Of a stretch of 64,000 nucleotides of DNA, positions 13,701-26,123 are shown piece after piece. This stretch comes from the human T2T-CHM13v2.0 reference genome, Homo sapiens. The notes beneath the pieces are model-generated. The model saw nothing but the letters and a program-made list of their open reading frames with translations. It was not told where the DNA came from and ran no database searches. The stretch lies in NCBI RefSeq assembly GCF_009914755.1, contig NC_060945.1; one strand, given 5' to 3'. The translations under genes were made by a program, and so were the position numbers. The first letter of the stretch is position 1. The number at the start of each line of letters is the position of its first letter.

Positions 13701-16700
13701 TGAACACACAGGCCCCAGTTCAATACCAGCCTCAGGTAGACATCAGGACCCAGGTGGACCCCAGGCCCAATGTGCATGCCTAGTCTCTTGGAATACATCA
13801 TTTTCAACGTGGACACCCAGATTCCTTGTAGACGTCTGCTGCCAGGTGGACATCTGGCTGCAGGAGGACATCAGGCCCCAGGTGGAGACCCAGTACACAG
13901 GTGTAAATCAGGCTGCAGTATTTCATCAGGCCCCAGTTAAACACTTGACTAAAGGTGTGCATCAAGACCCAGGTTGACACCCAGGCTTCAGTGCACACTA
14001 GGCCCAAAGTGTACACCTGTGCCAAGGTGGGCATCAGGCCCAAGGTGTACACCAGACTCCAAGTGGACATCAGGTTCCAGGTTGACACCAGTCTCTAAGT
14101 AGATCCTTAAGCCCCAATTGGTCATCAGGCCCAAGGTGGATAGATTGACCCCAGGAGGTCTCCAGGTCCCAGGCAGGCCTCAGGTGGACACTAAGCCCTA
14201 GATTAACACAAGGTCTGAGATGGTTTCAGCCCCTGTGTGGACTTTAGTCATAAGGAGCTTACCTAGGCCCTAAGAGGACATCAGGCCCCAGGTTGACACA
14301 ATGAACCATGTAGAAGTCAGGCTCTAAGTAGACACCCAGGCCCTAGGTAAATACTTTGGTCCCAAGCCAACATCAGGCCCTATGTGGACACCCAGACTCC
14401 AGGCAGATGTCAGGCCCCAGGTGAACACTGAACTCAGGGTGGTCCTCAGGCCCTAGGTTGACACATAGGCCACAGGTAGACAACAGGCATAGGTGAACTT
14501 CAGGCTAAATATGAACGTCGGGCTCCAGGAAGAAGTCTGTGCCCCAGTTAAACACCGGGTCTTAGGTAGACATCAGGCCTCAAATGGATGCCCAGGCCCC
14601 AGGTGGATATAAGGCCTCAGGCAAACACCAGATCCCAGGTAGACATTAGACACAAGATGGACACTCAGGCCACAAGTGAACATCTGTTCCCAGATGGACA
14701 TCCATCCCAAGGTGGACATCAGGCCAGAGATGTACACCCAGGCCCCAGGAGAACCCCAGGCCCCAGGAGGACACTCAAGCGCCAGAAGGACACCCAGTCC
14801 CTAGGTAACTAAAAGGCCCCAAGTGGACATGATGTTCCAGATGGATATGAGGCCCCAAGTGGATACTAGGCCCAGGTGGACCCCAGGTCTCAGGGGCACA
14901 CCAGGCCCCAGGGGAACACCAGGCCCTGGGTAAGCATGCAGTCCCAGGTGGACATCAGGTGCCAGGAGGACACCAGGACCCAGTTGGTCATCAAGCCACA
15001 GCTGAACACCAGTTCCCCATGAACACCAGTCCTCAGGTGGGCACCTAGTCCTCCCGTGTGCATCAGGTGCCAGGCTGACATAGGCACCAGCTGAACTCTG
15101 GGCCTCAGGTGAACATCAGATCCCAGGTTGTCACCCAGGCCCCAAGTGAATACCAGGTTTTAGGTGGACACGAGGTCCTAGGTGGATGTCTATGCTCCTG
15201 GTGAACCTCAGGCCCTAGTGGACACTCAGGCCCTTTATAGACATCTGGCTCCTTGTGCACTCCCAGGGCCCAGGTAGACATGAGGACCCAGAGGAAAACC
15301 AGTCCTTAGTCATCTAACACTGAATTCCCCTAGGGTTGGAGACTGAGTATTCACCTTGGGCCTAGGAATCTACCTGGGGCCAGATGTTGATCTGGGGCCT
15401 GATGTCTACTCAGGTTCAGCTGTCCACTTAGGGTGGGGTGTTTTTCTGGGACCCAGAGTCTACCTGAAATCTTGGTATCAACCTGGGGCCTATGTGTCCA
15501 CTTGGAGTCTGATGTGCACTTGAAGCCTGAATTTTCACCTAGGATCTGATGAGCACTTGGGGCGCAGGTTTCCATCTGAAAATCAGGCTCTAGTTATACA
15601 TCTGGGCCCCAGGTATACCCTGGACACCGAAAGAACTCCAGCCCCTATCTTAACATGAGGTCCTAGGTGGATGCCCAGGCGTCATGTCTACATTAGGCCT
15701 CAGGTAGACACGACTCCAGGCGGGCATCAGGCCTGATATTGGCTCTATGTCTCCACCCAAATCTCATGTTGAATTGTAATCCCCATGGGTTGAAGAAGGG
15801 GCGTGGTGAGAGGTGATTGAATCATGGGGGCAGACTTCCCACTTGCTCTTCTCGTGATAGACTTCTTACGAGATCTGGTTATTTGAAAGTGTGCAGCACA
15901 TCCCCCTTCTCTCTCCCTCCTCCTCCCCCATGGTAAAAAGGGCTTGCTTCCTCTTGGCTTTACATCATGATTGTAAGTGTCCCGGGCCCACCCAGTCATG
16001 CTCCCTATTAAGCCTGAAGAACTGTGGCTCAGTTAAACCTCTTTTCCTCATAAGTTGCCCAATATCAGGTAGTTTTTTATAACAGTGTGAAAATGGACTA
16101 ATACAAGACCTTAGGATAACAACCATGCTTCAGGCCATAGGTGGACATCTGGCTGCAACTGGACACTATTCCCCAGGTGGATACCTAGGCTCAAGGTTGA
16201 CATTAGTCTCCAGGTAAACAACAAGCCCCAGGTGAATACCTATGCCCTAAGTAGACATCAGGCCTCAGGCTGACACTCAGTCTAAGCTCAACATTAGACT
16301 CAGGTGGACACCCAGACTCCAGGTGGATACTAGACCCCAGGGGAACACCAGACTCCTGGTAAGCATAAGGCCCCAGGAGGACACTAGAATCCAGGTGTAC
16401 ATAAAGCCACTGGTTGACTCCAAGCCCTCAGATGAACACCAGGCCAACTAGTGGACATTAGGCACATGAGAATACTTGGGCACCAGGCAGGTATCAGGCC
16501 CCGGGTAAACATCAAACTTCAGGTGGACATCGTTCTCCATGTAAACTCTAGCCCCAGCTAAACATCAGGCTCCAGGTGGAAGCCCAGACCCCAGGTGCAC
16601 TTCTGGCCACAGTTGGACATCTGTCCCCAGGTGAATATCAGACCATGGATGGATAGCAAGTCCCCAGGTGGACATCAGGTCAAAAGAGAATATAAGTCTC

Positions 16701-19700
16701 TAGGAAGACATCTGGCCCCAGGTGGATACTGAACTAGAGGTTTACATCAGACCCCAGATTGACATTCAGTCCCCAGGTGGTCATGACACCTCAATTGGAC
16801 ACCAAGTCCTCAGGTTGATAACCAAGTCCCAGGTGGACACCACGTCAAAGATGAACACAAGACCTAAGGTTGTCATTCAAGCCCCAAATGGACACCAGGC
16901 CCTAGGTGAATAATATGACCCAGGGGATCATTGGGACCCAGCTGCATACCAGTCCCCAGGTTTACACGAGGCCCCAAGTAGGTTCCTAAGCTCTAGTTGA
17001 ACATGAGGTCTCCAGTAGACACCCAGGACTAAGGTGGACATCAAGCATCAGATGGACGTCTGGCTGCGGATGAACATCAAGCCTCACATGGATACCTAGT
17101 CCGCAGGTAGGCATCAGGCCCCAGTTTGACATCAGTTTCTGGGTGGATCCTTAAGCCCCAGGTGGATATCCAGTGTCCAGCTGGACATCAGCCCCTCGTG
17201 GACGCCCAGTCCCCAGGTGAATATCAGGTCTCAGATGAACACAAGTCCTCAGGCAGACATCAGACACCAGGTGTACACTCAGACCCCAAGAGGACATCTG
17301 TCCCCAGGTTGACATCACTCTCAAGGTGTACATTAGGCCACAGATGTACACCCAGGTCCAAGGCAGACACGAGTCCCCAGTAAAACTCAAGGCCCCAGGA
17401 GGATACTCAAGCCCTAGGTGGATGCCCAGACCCCAGGTAATTACAAGGCCCCAGGTGGATACCAGATTCCAGATGAACATTAGGCCTCAAGTGGATACCT
17501 AGGCACCAGGTAGACACCAGGCCCCAGGTACATCCCCTGGTCTCAGGTGCACACTAGGTCCCCAGTGAACACTGGCTCCAGGTAAGCACCCAGTCCAAGG
17601 TAGACATCATGACCCAGGTGGTCATTAGGCCACAGCTGAACACCAATCTTGAGTGAACACCAGATCCCAGGTGGGTACCTAGTCCAGGTGGATATTAGGC
17701 CCCAAGTGGACACCCAGCCCCCAGGTGAACATCAAGCTTCAGGTGGACATCATGCCTCAGGTGAACTCCGGGTCCCAGCCCAGCTGAACATCAGGCTGCA
17801 GGTGGATGCCTAGGTTCCAGGTGCACAACAGGTCACAGTTGGACATTCAGCCCCAGGTGAACATCAGGCCATGGGTGGATAAACAGTCCACAGGTGGACA
17901 TCAGGTCAAAGGTGAACATCAGTACTCAGGTGGACATCAGGCTCCAGGTTGACATCAAGCCCAAGGTGGACACTGAACTAGAGGTTTACATCAGGCCCCA
18001 GGTTGACACCCAGGCTCAGGTGGACATTGGGCCCCAGGTGGATACCTAGGCCCCTAGTAAACCTCAGATTCTAGGTTGACATTCAGGCCCCCAGTAGTCA
18101 TTTGGCCCCAAGTGGACACTCAGGCGCCAGGTTCACATGATGCCTTAACTGGACACCAAGGGGCCAGTTTGATACCCAAGTCCTGTGTGGGTGCCAGGTC
18201 CAAGGTTACACTCAAGCCCCAAGTGGACACCAGGCCCTAGGTGAATAATACAACCCAGGTGGTCATTAGGCCCCAGAATGACACCAGCCCCCAGGTTAAC
18301 AGGAAGCCCCCAGTGGGTACCTAGGCCCCAGGTGGACATCAGGCCTAATGTGGACACCCAGGATCAAGATGGACATCAGGACTCAGGTGGACATCTGGTG
18401 ACAGGTGGACAACAAGCCTGGTGTGTACCTTGTCCCCGGGTGGTCATCAGGCCCCAGTTCAACACCAGTCCCTGGGTGGATTCCTCGGCTCCAGGTGGAC
18501 ATCTGGTCTTCAGCTGAACATCAGACCCCAGGTGAACACCAGGTTTTAGGTGGACATTAGGCCCCTGGTGGACATAAAGTACCAGTGGACATCCATGCTG
18601 CAGGTGGACACCCAGCGCCCAGATGGGCATCAGGCCCCATTTGGACATTGAGGCCCCAGGTGGATATCAGGCCTCAGGTGAACCCAAGGTCCAACATAGA
18701 CATCAGGCCTTAGGTTGACACTCAAGCACCAGATGGACTGCTGCACCTAAGCAGAAAATAGACTCCTATCTGGATATGTAAGATACAGGTATACAACAAG
18801 CCCCAGGCTGACATCCAGACCCCAGGTGGACACCATACCCCAGCTGAACAGCAGGCAACAGTTTGGCACCAAGTACCTAAGTGAAACAAAGCCTTAGGTG
18901 ATTACCAGGCCATAGGTAGTCATTAGTCTCCAGCTGGACAATAGTCCCTAGGTGGATACCTAGGCCCCAGGTGGACACTAGATCCCAAATTAACACAAAA
19001 ACCAAGTAAAAAATCAAGCCCCCAGTGGACAACCAGGCCCTAGGTAAATACACAAATCTCAAGCTGACACCAGGCCCTACTTGGACACCCAAGCCCTAGG
19101 TGGACTTCAGGCCACAGGTGAACACTGAACTCTAGAAGGTCTTCAGGCCCTATGTTGACTACCTGGCCCCAGGGGGACACCAGGCATAGATGAACTTCAG
19201 GCACCAGCTGTACATCAGGTTCCAGGCAAATGTCCCGACCCCAGGTGGATATCAAACCTCAGATGAACACCAGGCCCCAGGTAGACATCAAAAACCAGGT
19301 GGACACTCAGGCCCCTACTGAATATCCATCCCCAGGTGGACATCCATCCCAAGGTGGACATGAGGCCACAGATGTACACTTAAGCCTAAGGCAGACCCCA
19401 GGCCCCAGGAAAACTCCAGGCTCCATTAGAGCACTCAGACCTCAGGTGGATGCATTGGTCCTAGGTAAATACAAGGCCCCAGACAGACATCAGGCCCCAG
19501 TGAACACCGGAGCCCAGGTGGGTACCTAGTCCCCAGCTGTGCAACAAGCAGAAGGTTGACCCAGTCCCTAGCTGAACTCTGGGCCCCAGCTGAACATCAT
19601 AACCCAGATGGTCACCCAGGCTCCGGGTGAACACACGGTCTTAGGTAGACATCAGGTCCCACATGAACACCCAAGCCCCAGGTAGATATCAGGCCTTAGG

Positions 19701-19885
19701 TGTACACCAGACCTCAGGTGGGCATCTGGCTCCAGATGGCCATAGGTGGATAACTAAGCCTCTCCTGGATATCAGGCCCCAGGTAGACACCAGGCTCCAG
19801 GCGAACATCTAGCCCCAGGGGGACATCCAGCCCCCGGTGAACATCAGGGATCACATGGATAAACAGTTTACGGATGGGCACCTGC
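10770..19885. repeat. Diverged GC-rich satellite, ~18-19 bp unit (CCTGATGTCCACCTGGGG-like), with internal inversions; family name uncertain (possibly HSAT5)
   Basis: Hundreds of degenerate copies of gatgtccacctggggcct or its reverse complement aggccccaggtggacatc. Orientation flips near 13305, 15335 and 15578. Confidence 0.9.
15734..16105 (+). mobile_element. MSTA MaLR solo LTR inserted in the satellite
   Basis: tgatattggctctatgtctccacccaaatctcatgttgaattg...ggactaataca, with 5-bp TSD aggcc/agacc. Confidence 0.93.
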
Positions 19886-19887
19886 CA

Positions 19888-22800
19888 CAGGTGCCTCACC
19901 TCTACTCCCTGAAACCTCACTTCCCCTCATGGGCCTTCTGTCCGACTTGGGGTACCCCTAGCCGCCCTAGGCACACACTGGACTCGAACCAGGGGCGCCA
20001 GCATCCCTGGGGCTCAGCGCAAGGGTTCATGGGAATACACTTTCGTCCGTGGGGGACCCAGTCCTCACTTCTCGGCGGCACAGTTTTTTTTTCTCTGCCC
20101 CAGGTGCCTCACCTTCCCCTCATGGGCCTTCTGTCCACCTTGGGGTACCCCTAGCGGCCCGAGGCATACCCTGGGCTCGAACCAGGGATCCCAGGGTCCC
20201 CGGGGCGCAGCGCAAGGGCTGATGGGGAGACACTTTCTTCTGTGGGGGACCCAGGCCCCGCTTCTCTGAGGCGCGTTTTTTTTTTTTTCTGCCCTAGGTG
20301 CCTCACGTTCACCTCATGGGCCTTCTGCCCGCTTTGGGGTACCCCTAGCGGCTCCAGGCACAAGCCGGGCTTGAATAAGGGTCGCCAGGGTCCCCGGGGC
20401 CCAGCGCAAGGGTTGATGGGACGACACTTTCACCCATGGGGGACCCAGGCCCCGCTTCTCCGCAGCGCGGTTTTTTTTTTTTTTATTTGCCCCAGGTGAC
20501 TCACCTTCCCCTCATGGGCCTTCTGTCTGCTTTGGGTTACCCCTAGCAGGCCAGAGGCGCACCCTGGATTCCAGCCAGGGATGCCAGGGTCCCCGGGGCC
20601 CAGTGCAGGGGCTGATGAGAAGGCACTTTCGTCCGTGGGGTACCCAGGCCCTGCTTCTCTGTGGCGCGGTTTTATTTTTTTCTTTTCCGCCTCAGGTGCC
20701 TTACCTCTCCTCCCTCAAACCTCACCTTCCCCTCATAGGCTTTCTGCCCGCCATGGGGTACCCCAAGAGGCCCGAAGCGCACCCTTGTCTTGAACCAGGG
20801 ATGCCAGGGTCCCCTGGGCCCAGCTCAGAGGCTGATGGGAAGACACTTTCGTCCGTGGGGGAACCAGGCCCTGCTTCTCTGTGGCACAGTTTTTTTTTTT
20901 TTCTGCCTCAGGTGCCTCACCTTCCCCTCATGGGCCTTCTGCCCGCTTTTGGGTACCCCTAGCGAGCCCAAGGCGCACCCTGGGCTCGAACGAGGGTCGC
21001 CAGGGTCGACGGAGCCCAGCGCAGGGGCTGATGGGAAGACACTTTCATCCGTAGGGGACGCAGGCCCCGCTACTCTGTGCTTCGGTTTTTTTTTTTTCCT
21101 CTGCCCCAGGTGCCTCACCTTTCCTCCCTCAAACCTCACCTTCCACTCCTGGGCTTTCTGCCTGCGTTGGAGTACCCCTAGCGACCCGAGCGCACCCTGG
21201 GCTCGAACCAGGGATGCCAGGGTCCCTGGGGCCCAGTGCAGGGGCTGATGGGAAGACACTTTCGTCCGTGGGGGACCCAGGGCCCGCTTCTCGGCGGCGC
21301 GGTTTTTTTTCTCTGCCCCAGGTGCCTCACCTTCCCCTCAGGGGCCTTCTGCCTACGTTGGGATACCCTAGCAGTCCCGAGGTGCACCCTGGGTTCAAAC
21401 CAGGGACGCCAGTGTCCCCAGGGCCCAGCGCAGGGGCTCATCGGAAGGCACTTTCTTCCGTGGGGTACCCAGGCCCCGCTTCTAGGCGGAGCGGTTTTTA
21501 ATTTTTTTCTGTGCTCCAGGTGTCTCACCTTCCCCTCATGGGCCTTCTGCCCACCTTGGGGTACCCCTAGCAGGCCGAGGCGCACCCTGGGCTCTAACCA
21601 GGGATGCCAGGGTCCACAGGCCCAGCTCAGGGGCTTATGGGAAGACACTTTCGTCTGTGGGGGACCCAAGCTCTGCTCCTCTGCAGGGTTTTTTTTTTTT
21701 TCTCTTCCCCAGGTGCCTCACCTTCCCTTCATGGGCTTTCTGCCCGCCTTTGGGTACCCCTAGCGGGCCCGAGGCTCACCCTGGTTTGGAGCCAGGGATG
21801 CTAGTGTCCCCGGGGCCCAGCGCAGCGCTGATGGGAAGGGACTTTTGTCCGTGGGGAACCCAGGACCCACTTCTCTGAGGTGAGCTTTTTTTTTTTTTCT
21901 GCCGCAGGTGCCTCACCTCTCCTCCCTCAAAGCTCACCTTCCCCTCATGAGCCCTCTGTCCGCCTAGAGGTACCGCTAGCGGCCCGAGGCACACCCTGTG
22001 GCTGAACCAGGGACTCCAGGGTCCCTGCGGCCCAGCACAGGCGCTGATGGGAAGACACGTTCGTTCGTGGAGGACCCAGGCCCCGTTTCTCAGTGGCGTG
22101 GTTTTTTTTCTCTGCCCGGGTGCCTCACCTTCCTCTAATGGGCCTTTTGCCCGCTTTGGGGTACCCCTAGCGGGCCCTATTCGCACCCTGCGCTCGAACC
22201 AGGGTCGCAGTGTCCACGAGGTCCAGCGCAAGGCCTGATGGGAAGGCACTTTCGTCACTGGGGACCCAGGCCCCGCTTCTCCGTGGCGAGGTTTTTTTTT
22301 TTTTCTCTGCCCCAGGTGCCTCACCTTCCCCTCAAGTGCCTTCTGCATGCTTTGGGGTACCCCTAGCGGCCCAAGGCGCACCCTGGGCTCGAACAATGGA
22401 AGCCAGGTTCCACGGGGCCAAGCGCAGTGGCTGATGGGAAGACACGTTCTTCCTCGGGGACCCAGGCTCTGCTTCTCTGCGGCGTTTTTTTTTTTTCTTT
22501 TCCCCAGGTGCCTCACTTTCCCGTCATGGGCTTTCTGCCCGCCTTGAGGTACCCCTAGCGGGCCCGTAGGCGCACCCTGGTTTCGAGCCAGAGACGCTAG
22601 GGTCTCCGGGGCCCAGTGCAGGGCTGATGGGTAGGGACGTTCTTCCGTGGGGAACCCAGGCCCCACTTCTGGGCGGCACAGTTTTTTTATTTTTTTCTCT
22701 ACCCCAGGTGTCTCACCTTTCCCTCATGGGCCTTCTGTCTTGGGGTACCCCTAGCAGGCCGAGGCACACGCTGGGCTCCAGCCAGGGATACCAGGGTCCC

Positions 22801-23701
22801 CGGGGCGCAGTGCAAGCGCTGATGGGAAGACAGCTTCTTCTGTGGGGGACCCAGGCCCCGCTTATCCGCGGCGCGGTTGTTTTTTTTTTTCTCTGCCCCA
22901 CGTGCATCACCTTCCCCTCATGGGCCTTCTGCCCGCTTTTGGGTACACCTAGCGGCCTGAAGCACACCCTGGTCTCGAACCAGGTACGCCAGGGTCCCCT
23001 GGGTCCAGCGCAAGGGCTGATGGGAAGACACTTTCGTCCGTTGGGGACCCAGGCTCCGCTTCTCCGTGGTGCAGTTTTTTCTTTTTTTTCCTGCCACAGG
23101 TGCCTCACCTCTCCTTCCTCAAACCTCAACTGCCCCTCAGGGATTTCTGCCCACCTTGGGGTACCCCTAGCAGGCCCGAGGCGCACCCGAGGCTCGAACA
23201 GGGTCTCCAGCGTCCACAGGGCCCAGCGCAGGGACTGATGGGAAGGCATTTTCATCCGTGGGGGACCCAGGCCCAGCTTCTCCTAGGCGCGGCTTGTTGT
23301 TTTTTTTTTTTTCTGCCACAGGTTCCTCACCTCTCCTCCCTCAAACGTCAACTTCCCATCATGGGCTTTCTGCCCGACTTGGGGTACCCCTAGCAGCCCA
23401 AGGCGCTCCCTGGACTCGAACCATGGATGCCAGGGTCGCCGGGGCCCAGCACAGGGGCTGATCGGAAGGTACCTTCATCCGTGGGTACCCAGGCCCCGCT
23501 TCTCAAAGCTGCGGTTTTTTTTCTCCGCCCCAGGTGCCTCACCTTCCCCTCATTGGCCTTCTGCCTGCTTTGGGGTAACACGAGCGGGCCCAAGGCGCTC
23601 CCGGGTCTCGAACCAGGGTCGCCAGGTTCTCGAGGCTAGCGCAGGAGGTGATGGGAAGGCACTTTCATCAGTGGGGACCCAGGCCCGGCTTCTCAGAGGC
23701 G

Positions 23702-23786
<85 letters not shown>

Positions 23787-25310
23787 TTTTCCTGCCACAG
23801 GTGACTCACCTCTCCTCCCTCAAATCTCACTTTCCCCTCATGGGCTTTCTGGCTTCCTTAGGGTACCCTAGCGTGCCGGAGTCTCTTCTGATCCTTGAAC
23901 TAGGGTCGCCAGGGTCCAGGAGGCCCAGCGCAGGGGCTGATGAGAAGGCACTTTCGTCTGTGGGAGAACCAGGCCCCGCTTCTCCTCGGCACGTTTGTAT
24001 TTTTCTGCCGCAGGTGCGTCACCTCTCCTCCCTCAAACCTCACCTTCTCCTCATGGGCCTTCTGCCTGCTTTGGGGTACACCTAGCGGGCCTGAGGTGCA
24101 CCCAGGCCTAGAACCAGGGTCGCCTGGGTCCACGGGGCCCAGCGCAGGGACTGATGAGAAGGCACTTTTTTCCATGGGAGACCCAGGTCCCGCTTCTCCG
24201 TGGCGTGGTTTCTTTTTCTTTTCTGCCACTAGTGCCTCACCTCTCCTCCCTCACAGCTCACCTTCCTCTCATGGGCTTTCCACCGCGTTGGGGTACCCCT
24301 AGTGGCCCAAGGCTCTCCCTGAGCTCAAACCAGGGACCCCAGGTTCCCCGGTACCCAGCACAGGGGCTGATGGGAAGGCACTTTCATCCGTGGGGGACCC
24401 AGGCCCCACCTCTCCACGGCGCGGGTTTTTTCTTTCTTTTTCTGTGACAGGTGCCTCACCTCTCCTCCCTCAAAACTCACCTTCCCCTCATGGGCTTTGT
24501 GCGCCCAAAGCCCCCCTTGGGGTTCACTTAGCGGCTGAGGCACACCCTGAGCTCGAACAAGGGACACCAGGGTCCCCGGTCCCAGTGCAGGGACTGATGG
24601 GAAGACACTTTCGTTCGTGGGGCACCCAGGCCGTGCTTCTCCGCGGCGAAGTTTTTTTTTTTTCTCTGCCCCAGGTGCCTCACCATCCCCTTAGGGGCTT
24701 TCTGCCCACCTTGCAGTACCCCTACTGGCCCGAGGTGCACCCTGGGGTCAAACCAGGGATGCCAGGGTCCCCAGGGCCCAGCGAAGGGGCTGATGGGATG
24801 GCACTTTCATCCGTGGGGGACCCAGGCACTGCTTCTTGGTGGCACGTTTTTTTTTCTCTGCCTCAGGTGCCTCACCTTCCCCTCATGGACCTTTTGTTCG
24901 CTTTGTGGTACCCCAAGCGGTCCCGAGGCGCAACCTGGGCTCGAACCAGGGTCGCCAGGGTCCACCACGCCCAGCATAGGGCCTGATGGGAAGGCACTTT
25001 CATCTGTGGTGGACCCAGGCCCCACTTCTCTGAGGCGCGGTCCTCTTTTTTTTTTTTTCTGCCCCTGGTGCCTCACCTCTCCTCCCACAAACTTCAACTT
25101 CCACTCATAGGGTTTCTGTCCGAGTTGGGGTACCCCTAGTCGCCCGAGGCGCACCCTGGGCGTGAACCAGGGATGCCAGGGTCCCTGGGGCGCAGCGCAA
25201 GGGCTGATGGGAAAAAACTTTCGTCTGTGGATGACCCAGACACCGCTTCGCGGCGCATTTTTTTTTTCTTTGCCCCAGGTGTCTCACCTTCCCCTCATGG
25301 ACCTTCTGAC
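19888..25310. repeat. Gamma-satellite II (GSATII) array, ~27 monomers of ~195 and ~216 bp
   Basis: Repeating caggtgcctcacct..cccctcatgggccttctgcc..ggggtacccctagc..gggctgatgggaagacactttcgtccgtgggggacccagg..polyT. Unit length and sequence fit GSATII. Confidence 0.9.
23705..23777. repeat. (TA)n microsatellite inside one GSATII monomer
   Basis: About 36 perfect TA units followed by the monomer's poly-T. Confidence 0.97.
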
Positions 25311-26123
25311 TTTCTGCACCTGCTCCGGCGCTGTGGGCCTCCCTGCGCCTGCGCCGGCGCTGTGGGCACCCCCCCCCCCGGCGCCTGCGCCGGCGCTGTG
25401 GCCCCCCGCCCCCCGCGCCTGCGCCGGCGCTGTGGGGCCCCCACCCCCCTGCGCCTGCGCCGGCGCTGTGCAACTTTGCGAGGGCGGAGCTGCGTTCTTC
25501 CCAGCACCGACACGGAGAGCATCGCCGGGGCGGAGCTGAGTTCTCCTCTGCACACACTTCGGAGATACAGCAAAGGCGGAGCAGTGTTCTCCTCAACACA
25601 GACCTGGGCAGGCCGGGGTCTCCGTGAGGGCGGAGCTGCGTTCTGCTCAGCACAGACCCGGGGGACACCGCGAAGGCAGAGTAGCGTTCTCCTCAGCACA
25701 GACCTTGGGGGCACTGCCTCGCTTTGGGACAACTCGGGGCCGCATAGACGCTGAATAAAATCCTTCCTGTTTGCAGCCCTGAGTAATCAGGGTCAGCGAC
25801 CAGTAAGAAGGGTTCAGTGTGGAAAAGGGAAACCAAAAGCCCCTCTGAATCCTACCCACCGAGGTTCTCCCCAGCCAAGGCGAGGCGCCGCAGTGCGAGA
25901 TCCACACCGCAGCCTCAGAAGACAAATGCAGCATTCCTAATGCGGACATGACACCCAAAATATGACACGCCCATTGCTCATGTAACAAGCACCTGTAATG
26001 CTAATGCACTGCCTCAATACAAAAATATTAATATAAGATCCGCAATCCCCTTGCTGCCATGCAGTCCTAAGACAGATCATAATAATCAACATTGACATAG
26101 TCAATACAAACGTAGTAACGAAC
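25311..26123 (+). repeat. TAR1 telomere-associated repeat (29-bp and 37-bp-type TERRA-promoter repeats)
   Basis: gcgcctgcgccggcgctgtg repeats at 25311-25470 and gagggcggagctgcgttctcctcagcacagac repeats at 25470-25710, then TAR1 distal sequence up to the telomeric repeats. Confidence 0.93.

Noticed and set aside
10924-19920. Many ORFs with repeating QVDIRP / MSTWGL peptides suggesting a repeat protein
   Set aside because: Mixed 18/19-bp units shift frame constantly, stops are frequent, and ORFs occur on both strands. No sustained reading frame.
19888-25310. ACRO1 or SST1 identity for the array
   Set aside because: The monomer is ~195/216 bp, not ~147 bp (ACRO1) or kb-sized (SST1). The sequence fits GSATII.
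19837-25754. Long ORFs up to 296 aa in GSATII/TAR1
   Set aside because: Stop-poor GC-rich satellite with poly-T/poly-A-derived F and K runs. No domain similarity.
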